The translations under genes were made by a program, and so were the position numbers. DNA of 64,000 bases, from NCBI GenBank assembly GCA_002314675.1, contig DCGZ01000157.1, positions 177 to 64,176 on the forward strand. Reading direction: 5' to 3'. Below, piece by piece: positions 26,661-35,381 of the stretch. Every line of letters begins with the position of its first letter. Position 1 is the first letter of the stretch. The notes beneath the pieces are model-generated. The model ran no database searches, was not told the DNA's origin, and was given only the letters and a program-made list of their open reading frames with translations. The stretch comes from Fibrobacter sp. UBA1765 (lineage in GTDB: Bacteria; Fibrobacterota; Fibrobacteria; Fibrobacterales; Fibrobacteraceae).

Positions 26661-28865
26661 TTACCAGATCTTGTTCCAGCGGAAGGAATTGGATGTTGAA
26701 CCCTGGCGGACATTCATGATGTATGTGCCTGCCGGGAGAGTTTCAAGATTTACCCAATGGGTGCCTTCGCTGTAGGTAGACTTGTTTGAAAGAACCTGCT
26801 TACCAGCAGCATTGTAGATACCCCATTCCACGAGACCAGCCTTTGTTACATGGAGTAACAAGCCAGTTTCTTGCAATTCTGCACGGAACGGTACGAAGGC
26901 GTGCAATGGAAGGATTGCTTGTGGAATTTCTTCCTTGTTTACTGCGAGAGCACTATCGCCAACAATGATTGTAACAGGAATGTTCATTGCTTCGTATGTT
27001 GCGGTTTCTTCAGTTGTAGCGACAATCTGAATGATTGCATTCTGATTGCCAGCAACGAGAGCGTCGCCAACTTTTGTTACATACTGGCTTGTTGCTTCGC
27101 CATTAAATGTATAGGTGATTACAATGTTATCCTTTGCTGTTACATCGCTAAAGAAGTTTGCTACAGTTGTACCAAGAGGTATTGTTTGGGATTTGTAGTT
27201 CTTTGCCGAGATTCTTGGCAATCCCTTTGCGTATGCAACTGTAATAGTATCGTTTACTGGCTGGAAACCAGAAACTGCTGGTGCTGTTGCAACAACTTTT
27301 GCTTCGCCAAGGGTCTTGCTGAATTCATACATGTTTACGGTGCTGTTTAAAGCGTTACCGTAGCAGAAAGAAGAGTTGGCGCATTTTGCTTGCTTGATAG
27401 CGACAATGCTTGGGTTCAAGGATTTAAAAGATACAGTCGCACCTTCAACAGTTTTACCTGTTGTTGAAACAACCGTTTCATTATCCTGGCCATTTTTGGT
27501 TAGATCCCTAATGGTCTTGCCTCCATTGCAAGTTCCGTCCATGCGGCATGTGAAGTTTACAAAACCAGCAAGGGTCTGCTTAGGATTCTCTGCAACTACG
27601 ACAACGGATTGGGAACCATCGTTACCAGTAAGAACAGCGAAGCCTGCGCCATTAATTGCAATGTTACCGCCGCTTACTGTTGCTACAGCATCATTGCTAG
27701 ATGTGTAGGTGCAGCTGCCGCTTGCCTTGCCTGTAATGCTACCTGCGGTTTCTGTGGTTTGCACAACCTTGAATGCGCAACCACCGGAATTTTTACCAGC
27801 GACGAGGGAGTCTGCCCAGGAACGCTTGTACTTGGTCAAATAGTTCTTGACAAGTGTACCGGAAGCGGTATAGGTTGCTTCGCTAAGCAATTGCTTGTTG
27901 TAAAGAACCTTGTCTCCATTGAACATTGCTGACTGTTCGCTTGCTCCGTCAATGGAACCTGTAAACTGACGAAGACTCCAGTTACAGTTACTTACTTGGT
28001 GCTGTTCCATCCAGTTAATCCAGGAACTTGTACCGCTTTCGCTAGGAGTGCCGTTACCATCGGCGTTTGTTGTGCCCCATTCAGAGATGAACACCGCGTT
28101 GCCGCTGTTCATGGCAGCTTCAGCCTTGCCTGCATAGGAACCGACAGAGTGAGTGCCAGCATAGAAGTGAAGAACGTATGCCACGTTAGTTGCGTTTACG
28201 CCGCCGTATTGAGTCATCTGAGACCAGTTTGGCGTACCCACGAGAATCAAGTTCTGGGAATATTGACGAATACCTGCAGATACTGTATTTGCGTAGCTCT
28301 GGATTGTGCTCCAGCCTTGATTTACAGGTTCGTTCCAGACTTCAAAGATTACGTTCGGAACATCCTTGTACTTTTCTGCAACCTGCTTGAAGAATGCTGC
28401 TGCCTGGGTCTGTTCCTGGTTTGCTACATGGCTATGCCAGTCAATGATGATGTAGATATCGTTCTTGATGGCTGCTTCGACCATAGCGTCAAGAAGAGCT
28501 ATATAACTATCTGGAGAACCAATATAACTGTACTTTGGGTCCATTTCCTTGGAACCCTGGTCATAGTACTTGATACCCATGGCGAAGCGGATAACGTCGA
28601 TGCCCAGGTTTTCTGCAGCCCAGCTCATGACTTCACCGTTATAGTACTGGGAACCTGTCGCGTCGGACCAGTAAAGGCTCATGCCTCGAAGCATTACAGG
28701 TTTTTTAGTTTCAAGGCTTATTACCTTGCCACTTGCGGTACCGAGAGCACCGTAGTTCTGTACAGGGCCTACGCGCATTGGTTTTGCGGTTGCGGCGCTT
28801 GCGAAGGCATTGCTAGCACCACATGCAATTAGACCAGCCAAAAGTAAAGATGATATTTTTTTCAT
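26661..28865 (-). CDS. GH5 endoglucanase with Ig-like (Big_2-type) domains and T9SS-type C-terminal domain
   Basis: Start MKKISSLLLAG with a GGAG RBS. Motifs VWNEP (acid/base) and ISEWG (nucleophile). Big_2-like segments (ATVSGGNIAINGAGFAVLTG). C-terminal about 80 aa beta-sandwich tail ...GTYIMNVRQG... Confidence 0.85.
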   Translation of the reverse strand: MKKISSLLLAGLIACGASNAFASAATAKPMRVGPVQNYGALGTASGKVISLETKKPVMLRGMSLYWSDATGSQYYNGEVMSWAAENLGIDVIRFAMGIKYYDQGSKEMDPKYSYIGSPDSYIALLDAMVEAAIKNDIYIIIDWHSHVANQEQTQAAAFFKQVAEKYKDVPNVIFEVWNEPVNQGWSTIQSYANTVSAGIRQYSQNLILVGTPNWSQMTQYGGVNATNVAYVLHFYAGTHSVGSYAGKAEAAMNSGNAVFISEWGTTNADGNGTPSESGTSSWINWMEQHQVSNCNWSLRQFTGSIDGASEQSAMFNGDKVLYNKQLLSEATYTASGTLVKNYLTKYKRSWADSLVAGKNSGGCAFKVVQTTETAGSITGKASGSCTYTSSNDAVATVSGGNIAINGAGFAVLTGNDGSQSVVVVAENPKQTLAGFVNFTCRMDGTCNGGKTIRDLTKNGQDNETVVSTTGKTVEGATVSFKSLNPSIVAIKQAKCANSSFCYGNALNSTVNMYEFSKTLGEAKVVATAPAVSGFQPVNDTITVAYAKGLPRISAKNYKSQTIPLGTTVANFFSDVTAKDNIVITYTFNGEATSQYVTKVGDALVAGNQNAIIQIVATTEETATYEAMNIPVTIIVGDSALAVNKEEIPQAILPLHAFVPFRAELQETGLLLHVTKAGLVEWGIYNAAGKQVLSNKSTYSEGTHWVNLETLPAGTYIMNVRQGSTSNSFRWNKIW

Positions 28866-29210
28866 TTCTTTCTCCATAGGTGAACCCAATCCCATTTGGG
28901 TTGCCTATATGGCAGATATTATATATGATGTACAAAAATATATTGGAAATGTCAAAATGTCATCACTTATTATGTAATTAAAATGTTAAAAGTGTTGAAA
29001 TCTGTACAAGCTCGGTTGAATATGAGTTTGAAAAGTGTCACGATTCGGTAAAAAAAAGAAAACTAATCCGTTAAAATCGCTTAAAAACGCGTTTTTTTTA
29101 CAAAAAAAGAAAAAATGTCAAAAAAAAGATTGCCAAAATGGGTTTGATTTAAATATATTAGGCAACAAACAGCCCTTATTGGGTAATAACAATAAAAAAA
29201 GAGAGAGAAT

Positions 29211-30119
29211 ATGAACAAGAAGATTTTGCTTGGTGCTGCAGTTCTCGCAGCAACTACCATGTCCTTCGGCTTGGTTACTTGGTCCGGCGCAAACGGTGAC
29301 TACCGTGTTGATACCGAACTTGATGACGGTTCTGACGAATCCGGTTACTGGTTCTCCTATGATGACCAGAACAACGGCGGTTCCTCCGCTGTTACATGGC
29401 CGGTTCCAACTGGTAACGCATACGATGACTCCGCTCTTGACCCAATCATCGACGAATGCGGCGGTCTCTGCGGTGACGTTTCCCTCGGTGCTGGTTATGA
29501 CTATCCGTTCGTAGGTGTTGGCTTCAACCTTATGGGACCGACTCAGACTGGTGCTAACATCACCTCTTGGGGTGGCGTTTGCGTTAACTATCAGGCAACA
29601 GGTATCGCTCCGATCCTCGAACTTGGTCCAGAAGACGAAGCAACCTTGACTGAATACAACAACTACACTTCTACACTTTCCCTTTCTGCAACTTCTGCTG
29701 ACCTTCCGTTTGCAAAGTTCAAGCAGGAATCTGGCTGGGGCAACAAGGTTGACCAGGCTGAATACCTCACTAAGGTAGCTGCTATCAAGTTCAAGTTCTC
29801 CGGCAAGGCTGGTACCACCGGTCACTTCAACATCCAGACTGTTGGTGAAAGCGGCAAGTGCGGCGCAGCTCCGGCTCCGGTTGCTATCTCTGCTAAGGCA
29901 ACTTCCTCTGTTAAGGCTATGCTTTCTGGCCGTACCCTCTCCTTCGCAGGTGTTTCTGCTGCAACAGCAGAAGTTATCAACCTCCAGGGTCAGGTTGTTC
30001 TCCAGGCTGCAGTAAGCTCTTCTTCTGCTCTTAACCTCGCTTCCCTCGACGCAGGCGTTTACATGGTTCGCGTTGCAGGTCAGGCAGTTAACCACAGCCA
30101 GAAGATCATCCTTAAGTAA
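29211..30119 (+). CDS. secreted CBM-like beta-sandwich protein with T9SS-type C-terminal domain
   Basis: Signal peptide. GYWFSYDDQNNGGSS... sandwich-like domain. C-terminal tail LNLASLDAGVYMVRVAG...KIILK. Confidence 0.65.
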   Translation: MNKKILLGAAVLAATTMSFGLVTWSGANGDYRVDTELDDGSDESGYWFSYDDQNNGGSSAVTWPVPTGNAYDDSALDPIIDECGGLCGDVSLGAGYDYPFVGVGFNLMGPTQTGANITSWGGVCVNYQATGIAPILELGPEDEATLTEYNNYTSTLSLSATSADLPFAKFKQESGWGNKVDQAEYLTKVAAIKFKFSGKAGTTGHFNIQTVGESGKCGAAPAPVAISAKATSSVKAMLSGRTLSFAGVSAATAEVINLQGQVVLQAAVSSSSALNLASLDAGVYMVRVAGQAVNHSQKIILK

Positions 30120-30140
30120 TTTTACTTAGGTAAGTCTTTA

Positions 30141-30171
30141 AAAAGAGTCCGGTTTTTGCCGGACTCTTTTT
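30141..30171 (+). terminator. rho-independent terminator
   Basis: agagtccgg-ttttt-gccggactct hairpin plus a T run. Confidence 0.8.
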
Positions 30172-30301
30172 GATTAAAGAATTTGGGCAAGGAAAAGTTT
30201 AATTATGCCGATTGTAAAAAATCGGCTTTTTTGTTTACAATTGTTTGATTTTTGCCTTATTGGTTATATATTTGGGGCAAAATATTATCAATGAGGCTTT
30301 T

Positions 30302-31693
30302 ATGAATGCCAAAAAGTTTTTATTGCCGCTAGTATGTTGCTCCATGTTTGGTCTTGCTGCTTGCGGTGGAGATTCATCATCTTCTTCGCCTGTAGTTCCT
30401 GACCCGACTCCTACACCGACTCCAGCTCCTGGACCTACTCCAAATCCTAATCCGGATCAGCCTGGCATTGGCGTTCCTGCAAACGCAAACCCTGCAATTA
30501 CGCAGAATTTGTATGCTGTGTGGAAGAGTGCTTTCGTAACCACGCTTTCTGAGGAACGCGCAAAGTACCCTACGCTTGGCATGGAATTCAATGAAGTCTT
30601 TGGTTCCTATATTGCCGCTGGTTATGACCCTGCCCGTGTGATTTGGCAGACACATACCGATACCAAGTGCTGGATTGACGAAGCTCAGGGCACCCCGATG
30701 TATAAGCGCGGTTGTACAGTTTCTGAAGGCATTGGCTATGGCATGATGATGTCTGTGCTCATGGAAGACTGGCCGACCTTTAACGGTATCTGGATCTACA
30801 GCAAGGCATACCGTGAATCCCCGTATGCAGGTCATACTCCAGAAAAGCCGGGTCTTATGCCATGGCTTACAAGTACCTTCAACTGGGGTGGCTACGGCGT
30901 GCTTGATGAATCCAGTGCAACTGATGCGGACCTTGATATCGGTGCTTCGCTTATCATTGCATGGTTGAAGACTGGCAATGAAGCCTATAAGGCAGACGCT
31001 TTGAATCTTATCAATGCTCTTTGGCAAGATGAAATCAATCCAGCCAACTTGATGATTCTTTCTGGTGACACTCCGATGTGGCATACAGCAGACCCAGTTT
31101 ACAACCTTTGCTACTTCTCTCCGGTTGCAATCCGCTTGTTTGCCATGGTTGACCCGAACCATGACTGGAATGGCGTGCTGAATGCAATGTACGATTATAT
31201 GGCTAAGGTTCAGGCAGCAGGCACTGGCGTGTTCCCGGACTGGAGCAACACCGCTGGCATGGCTGTCGACCCGAAGAATGGTTCTGCGACCAAGACCTAC
31301 TGGACATTCAACAAGGAATCTGTTCGTATCCCTTGGCGTATTGCTTGGGACTATATGTGGTTCCAGGATCCGCGTGCAGCCCAGGTGTTGAATACGTTGA
31401 ACGCATTCATTTCTGCTAAGTCTGGTGGCGATGTCAATGCTATTCCTGCAACGAACTACTCCTGGAATCCATCCATTGGTGGTGACATTGACAATAACAC
31501 CCTTTCTACACAGTGGCTTGCTGCATGGTGTGCTACCGGTGTCGCCGGCAACCCGGATTGGACCGCAAACTGCCTTGCCCGCTTGAATACTGTTGAAATG
31601 ACGACAAGCGCTTCTAGTTACTTTACAAACATTTTGCACCTGACATATAGCCAGTTGCTGAATGGTTACTACAAGAAGCCTGCTGGAATTTAA
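30302..31693 (+). CDS. GH8 glycoside hydrolase (endoglucanase/chitosanase family), lipoprotein
   Basis: Start MNAKKF with lipobox LAAC. TVSEGIGYGMMM (catalytic Glu block) and SATDADLDIGASLIIAW (close to the GH8 signature). Pro/Thr linker. Confidence 0.8.
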   Translation: MNAKKFLLPLVCCSMFGLAACGGDSSSSSPVVPDPTPTPTPAPGPTPNPNPDQPGIGVPANANPAITQNLYAVWKSAFVTTLSEERAKYPTLGMEFNEVFGSYIAAGYDPARVIWQTHTDTKCWIDEAQGTPMYKRGCTVSEGIGYGMMMSVLMEDWPTFNGIWIYSKAYRESPYAGHTPEKPGLMPWLTSTFNWGGYGVLDESSATDADLDIGASLIIAWLKTGNEAYKADALNLINALWQDEINPANLMILSGDTPMWHTADPVYNLCYFSPVAIRLFAMVDPNHDWNGVLNAMYDYMAKVQAAGTGVFPDWSNTAGMAVDPKNGSATKTYWTFNKESVRIPWRIAWDYMWFQDPRAAQVLNTLNAFISAKSGGDVNAIPATNYSWNPSIGGDIDNNTLSTQWLAAWCATGVAGNPDWTANCLARLNTVEMTTSASSYFTNILHLTYSQLLNGYYKKPAGI

Positions 31694-31712
31694 GACCAGC
31701 TACTTTGGAAAA

Positions 31713-31746
31713 AGACCCTGGGTGTTGCCCCAGGGCCTTTTTTATA
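31713..31746 (+). terminator. rho-independent terminator
   Basis: gaccctgg-gtgttg-ccccagggcc hairpin followed by a T run. Confidence 0.7.
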
Positions 31747-31825
31747 TAAGTCATTACCTAATTATGACTTACATTTTATTTAGTAATGAAATTTTACTCT
31801 TTAATAGTTATTATATTCAAGTGCG

Positions 31826-32605
31826 ATGAGTGAAAAACCGATTTATTCCGCTGAAGATTTGGGCATATCTATTGCAGCTTCGCTATCAAAGAATGTGATA
31901 ACGGTAGGGGACACGTTTGATTATACGGTGACTATTACCTGGGAGTCGAACAGTGTTCTTGCGTTAGTTCCAAAGACAAGTATTTATGCCAAGGGACTTT
32001 CGACTGTTGGAGTGAAGCAAAATTCTTCTCGCGATGTAAAAGACGGCAAGACCGTTTCTAAGAACGAGTTTGTCTATAAGGTTGCTGCAACTGATACTGG
32101 TTCTGTGACAATTCCGGAACTAAGCTTTATGGTTCCTGTCGAGGGTGCGCATACGATTGGACTTCGTACGCCTCCGAAGGAGTTTCATGTAGATGCCCCG
32201 GTAAATTTTTTGCCTTTTGTTGTAGGCCTTGTTGTGGCTTTTGCGCTGGTGTGTGCCTTTGTGATTAGAAAGCGCAAGCGTGCTGCGGCAGTTGCAAAAA
32301 AGGTGGCAAAAGCTGCCGAAGAAAATACGATCCGCGAAGAAATGCTTGTGTTGAAGTCTCGTGTAAAGGTTGCAGAAAGTAGGGAATGGCTACTTGCCCT
32401 GGAAACTGCAATGAAGCAATTTGCGAAGTGGAAGTTTGATAGTGAAGACCTTGAAGCTTTGGTAAGGAATGGCTCCATGGCAGATTTTGCAGAAACTGTC
32501 AAGCTGTTTTCGGAAGCCCGTTATGGAGGCGGGAACAGGGACCAGCTTGCAAACCTTGAAACATGGAAGGTAACTTTTAAACTGATGAACTTGGAAGAGG
32601 AGTAG
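31826..32605 (+). CDS. BatD-like / DUF4381-like single-pass membrane protein
   Basis: VGDTFDYTVTITWE Ig-like block, then a TM helix (FLPFVVGLVVAFALVCAFVI) and a helical tail. The architecture repeats in ORF 35382-36326. Confidence 0.55.
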   Translation: MSEKPIYSAEDLGISIAASLSKNVITVGDTFDYTVTITWESNSVLALVPKTSIYAKGLSTVGVKQNSSRDVKDGKTVSKNEFVYKVAATDTGSVTIPELSFMVPVEGAHTIGLRTPPKEFHVDAPVNFLPFVVGLVVAFALVCAFVIRKRKRAAAVAKKVAKAAEENTIREEMLVLKSRVKVAESREWLLALETAMKQFAKWKFDSEDLEALVRNGSMADFAETVKLFSEARYGGGNRDQLANLETWKVTFKLMNLEEE

Positions 32606-32922
32606 AAGAGACGAAAGAACGCTTCGCTGGTAGACGAGAGACGAAAGAAATGTTGATTTCCAATGTTTTAGAGATTAGAGGCTAGGTTCTAGAGACTAGA
32701 ATTAAGAATGAAATGTCATTGCGAGGGCCTTTAGGCCCGTGGCAATCCAGGACATGTCGCTTCAGTGTTCCTGGATGGCCGCGCGACCCTCGCCAAGACA
32801 TGGGAAGCTACAATCCTCTAGTTTCTTGTTTCTTCCATCTTCCGTCTTCTGACTTCTGTCCTCTTTCTTGCATCTTGCGTCTTGCTCTTGTATCTAAGAT
32901 TTGTAATAGAGATATTTAATAA
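32606..32922. repeat. ORF-less hairpin cassette: GA-word left arm, structured core, CT-word right arm
   Basis: Left arm (agacgaaag words and tagag/ctaga words, 32606-32702). Core 32714-32803 begins tgtcattgcgagggcctttaggccc, the reverse complement of the tcgcaatgaca core at 26474. The right arm is pyrimidine words (32818-32898). Confidence 0.7.
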
Positions 32923-33918
32923 ATGGAGAATAAAATGGATATTCAGGAACTTTCTGAAAAGGTTAGAGAAAAAAGTGTTTTTTGCGCAAACTTGATGCGC
33001 GAAGTGGAAGGTACCGTGATTGGCCAGAAGGCCATGGTCGAAAGCATTTTGACCGGTGTGCTCGCCGGTGGCCATGTGTTGCTTGAAGGTTTGCCGGGTC
33101 TTGCAAAGACAACTGCAGTAAAAGCTTTTGCCGATGCATTCAAGCTTGACTTTAAGCGTATCCAGTTTACACCGGACTTGCTCCCGGCAGATTTGCTCGG
33201 TACTACGATTTACAATGCCAAGGAAGCTCGATTTGAAATCCGCAAGGGACCATTGTTCAGTAACCTGATCTTGGCTGATGAAATTAACCGTGCTCCAAGC
33301 AAGGTACAGAGCGCCCTCCTTGAAGCTATGCAGGAACGCACCATTACCATTGGCGATGAATCCTTTAAGCTTGAAGAGCCGTTCCTTGTGCTTGCTACGC
33401 AGAACCCGATTGAACAGGAAGGTACATACCCGCTCCCTGAAGCGCAAGTAGACCGTTTCCTTTTGAAGGTGAAGGTTAGCTACCCGAACAAGAGTGACGA
33501 AATGCGCATTCTTGAAGCTGTAAGCGGCAACGGTTTGCGCACTCCGGCTCAGGTTGCCACAAAGGAAGACATTCTTGCTGCTCGTGAACTTGTGCGTTCC
33601 ATTTACGTGGACGAACGCGTTCGCGAATACATTGTGAATATTGTACTTGCAACCCGCGACCCGTCTAGCATCAAGAAGGCAGAACTTGCCGGCTTCATTG
33701 AAGTGGGGGCAAGCCCACGTGCTTCCATTGGCCTTGCTCAGGCTGCAAAGGCCCATGCATTTATCCAGGGCCGCGCTTACGTTACTCCGGAAGATGTAAA
33801 GGCTGTTGCCATGGAAGTACTGCGCCATCGCTTGGTGCTTAGTTACGAAGCCGAAGCCGAAGAAGTTGCCGCCGAAACTGTCGTGCAGAAGATTCTTGAT
33901 TCTGTTGAAGTGCCTTAA
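32923..33918 (+). CDS. moxR: MoxR-family AAA+ ATPase
   Basis: Walker A GLPGLAKT and Walker B ILADEINRA. Also LATQNPIEQEGTYPLPEAQVDRF. Alternative ATG at 32935. Confidence 0.9.
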   Translation: MENKMDIQELSEKVREKSVFCANLMREVEGTVIGQKAMVESILTGVLAGGHVLLEGLPGLAKTTAVKAFADAFKLDFKRIQFTPDLLPADLLGTTIYNAKEARFEIRKGPLFSNLILADEINRAPSKVQSALLEAMQERTITIGDESFKLEEPFLVLATQNPIEQEGTYPLPEAQVDRFLLKVKVSYPNKSDEMRILEAVSGNGLRTPAQVATKEDILAARELVRSIYVDERVREYIVNIVLATRDPSSIKKAELAGFIEVGASPRASIGLAQAAKAHAFIQGRAYVTPEDVKAVAMEVLRHRLVLSYEAEAEEVAAETVVQKILDSVEVP

Positions 33919-33933
33919 GCGGCTTTGCCGCTT

Positions 33934-34390
33934 AGAGAGCCAGATGCAAGATCAAGATGCAAGAGTAAATTAGGCACCTTCGGTGCGGGAATATATATGG
34001 AAAAACTGAAAAAATTTGTTCTTTGGCAAAAGGCTATGAATGTAGCTGAGAATGTGTATAGACTGACGCAAAAATTTCCAAGGGATGAAATTTATGGTTT
34101 GACATCTCAAATGCGAAGGGCCGCCGTATCAGTGGCAAGCAATATTGCTGAAGGTCAAAGTAGGTCTAGTGTTCTTGACCGCAATAGATTTCTTGAAATT
34201 GCAGATGGCTCTAAAATGGAATTGCAAACGCAATTAATGATTGCTGTTCGAATTGGATATACCAAGCAAGATGATATAGAAGATAGTTTGAATGTTCTGT
34301 CTGAAATCGGTAAAATGATTCATGCATTGAAGTTAAAACAGGTTTAGTTGAACATTTCTTGTATCTTGCGTCTTGCTCTTGCATCTTAAC
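33934..34390 (+). mobile_element. IVS-like cassette 1: four-helix-bundle gene bracketed by inverted word repeats
   Basis: Left arm 33941-33965 (cagatgcaagatcaagatgcaagag) pairs with right arm 34365-34388 at 21 of 24 positions without gaps. A gcacc-ttcg-gtgc tetraloop hairpin at 33974-33986 lies just before the ORF. Confidence 0.5.
33997..34347 (+). CDS. four-helix-bundle protein (23S rRNA intervening-sequence protein / Avd-like family)
   Basis: WQKAMNVAENVYRLTQKFPRDEIYGLTSQMRRAAVSVASNIAEGQSR...GSKMELQTQL is the family signature. Confidence 0.85.
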   Translation: MEKLKKFVLWQKAMNVAENVYRLTQKFPRDEIYGLTSQMRRAAVSVASNIAEGQSRSSVLDRNRFLEIADGSKMELQTQLMIAVRIGYTKQDDIEDSLNVLSEIGKMIHALKLKQV

Positions 34391-34391
34391 T

Positions 34392-35279
34392 ATGTTAAAT
34401 AAAGATATTCTAAAAACTGTTGCTCGCATTGAGCTTTCTGTGAAGGGGAAGCTTGATGCCGTGATGACTGGCGCGTACCATAGTTCCTTTAAGGGGAACG
34501 GTATGGAGTTTAGCGAGGTACGTGAATATGTGCCTGGTGACGACGTGCGTTCTATTGACTGGAATGTTACGGCTCGTACGGGAACTCCCTATATTAAGAA
34601 GTTCGTAGAAGAACGCGAACTTTCGATGCTCTTGATGATTGACGCTAGTTCAAGTTCTGAATTTGGTAGCGGTACGCAAATGAAGGGCGAGGCCATGGCT
34701 GCGCTCACTGCGCTCCTTGCCTTTGCAGCAACAAAGAACAACGACAAGGTTGGGCTTTTGATTTTTACGGATCAGGTTGAACTCTTTATTCCGCCAGCAA
34801 AGGGCCGTAAGCATGTGCTTAGACTTGTCCGAGAAATTCTTTACTTTAAGCCGCAGCACCATGGTACGAATTTGCAGGTCGCCTTGGATTATGCGGGCAA
34901 GATTTTGACACGCCGCTCCGTTGTCGTTGTGATGTCTGATTTTTTGGATGCTGGTTTTGACAGTGCCTTTAAGGTGCTACGTAAAAAGCATGATGTACTT
35001 GCTGTTGCAGTAAATGATGTTCGTGAAACGGAATTGCCGCCTGTTGGCCTCGTGGAACTTGAAGACCCTGAAACTGGAGAAACGCTGTTGATCGACACGG
35101 GCGACGCAAGTTTCCGTGAAGCGTTCATGCGCGAATCAAGAAAGAGTGCAAGGGAAATCGCAGAACGTTTTGCAAGGATGTCCGTTGACTTTGTGAAGGT
35201 CATGGTAAAGGATGATTTCCAGGAAACTGCCGCACCATTGATTGAACATTTTAGAAGGCGTGCAAAGGCTAGGGCTTAA
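34392..35279 (+). CDS. DUF58 domain protein (MoxR-associated, VWA-like)
   Basis: VREYVPGDDVRSIDWNVTAR motif. Sits in the expected moxR-DUF58-batA order. Start at ATG 34392. Confidence 0.85.
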   Translation: MLNKDILKTVARIELSVKGKLDAVMTGAYHSSFKGNGMEFSEVREYVPGDDVRSIDWNVTARTGTPYIKKFVEERELSMLLMIDASSSSEFGSGTQMKGEAMAALTALLAFAATKNNDKVGLLIFTDQVELFIPPAKGRKHVLRLVREILYFKPQHHGTNLQVALDYAGKILTRRSVVVVMSDFLDAGFDSAFKVLRKKHDVLAVAVNDVRETELPPVGLVELEDPETGETLLIDTGDASFREAFMRESRKSAREIAERFARMSVDFVKVMVKDDFQETAAPLIEHFRRRAKARA

Positions 35280-35381
35280 TGGTTAGGATCTGGTGGTTTG
35301 GATTTAGGATCTAGGATGTAGGTTTTTGTTATGAAATGTTGGAATTGCATATTTAGACGAAATGTTAATGGTGACCGTGGT

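Noticed and set aside
16374-30274. Bacteroidetes-style TAnnTTTG promoter motifs upstream of glycoside hydrolase genes: tatctttg (complement of 16374-16381), tatttttg (complement of 28933-28940) and tatatttg (30267-30274)
   Set aside because: Only three of about seven inspected upstream regions have it, spacing to the ATG is inconsistent (about 28-68 nt), and the motif is short and AT-rich, so chance occurrence is likely. I do not know the promoter consensus for this phylum.
29118-31639. Long minus-strand ORFs 29118-30095 (325 aa) and 30377-31639 (420 aa)
   Set aside because: Both are in-phase antisense shadows of the CBM-like gene and the GH8 gene. The plus-strand products carry signal peptides and family motifs; the minus-strand ones carry none.
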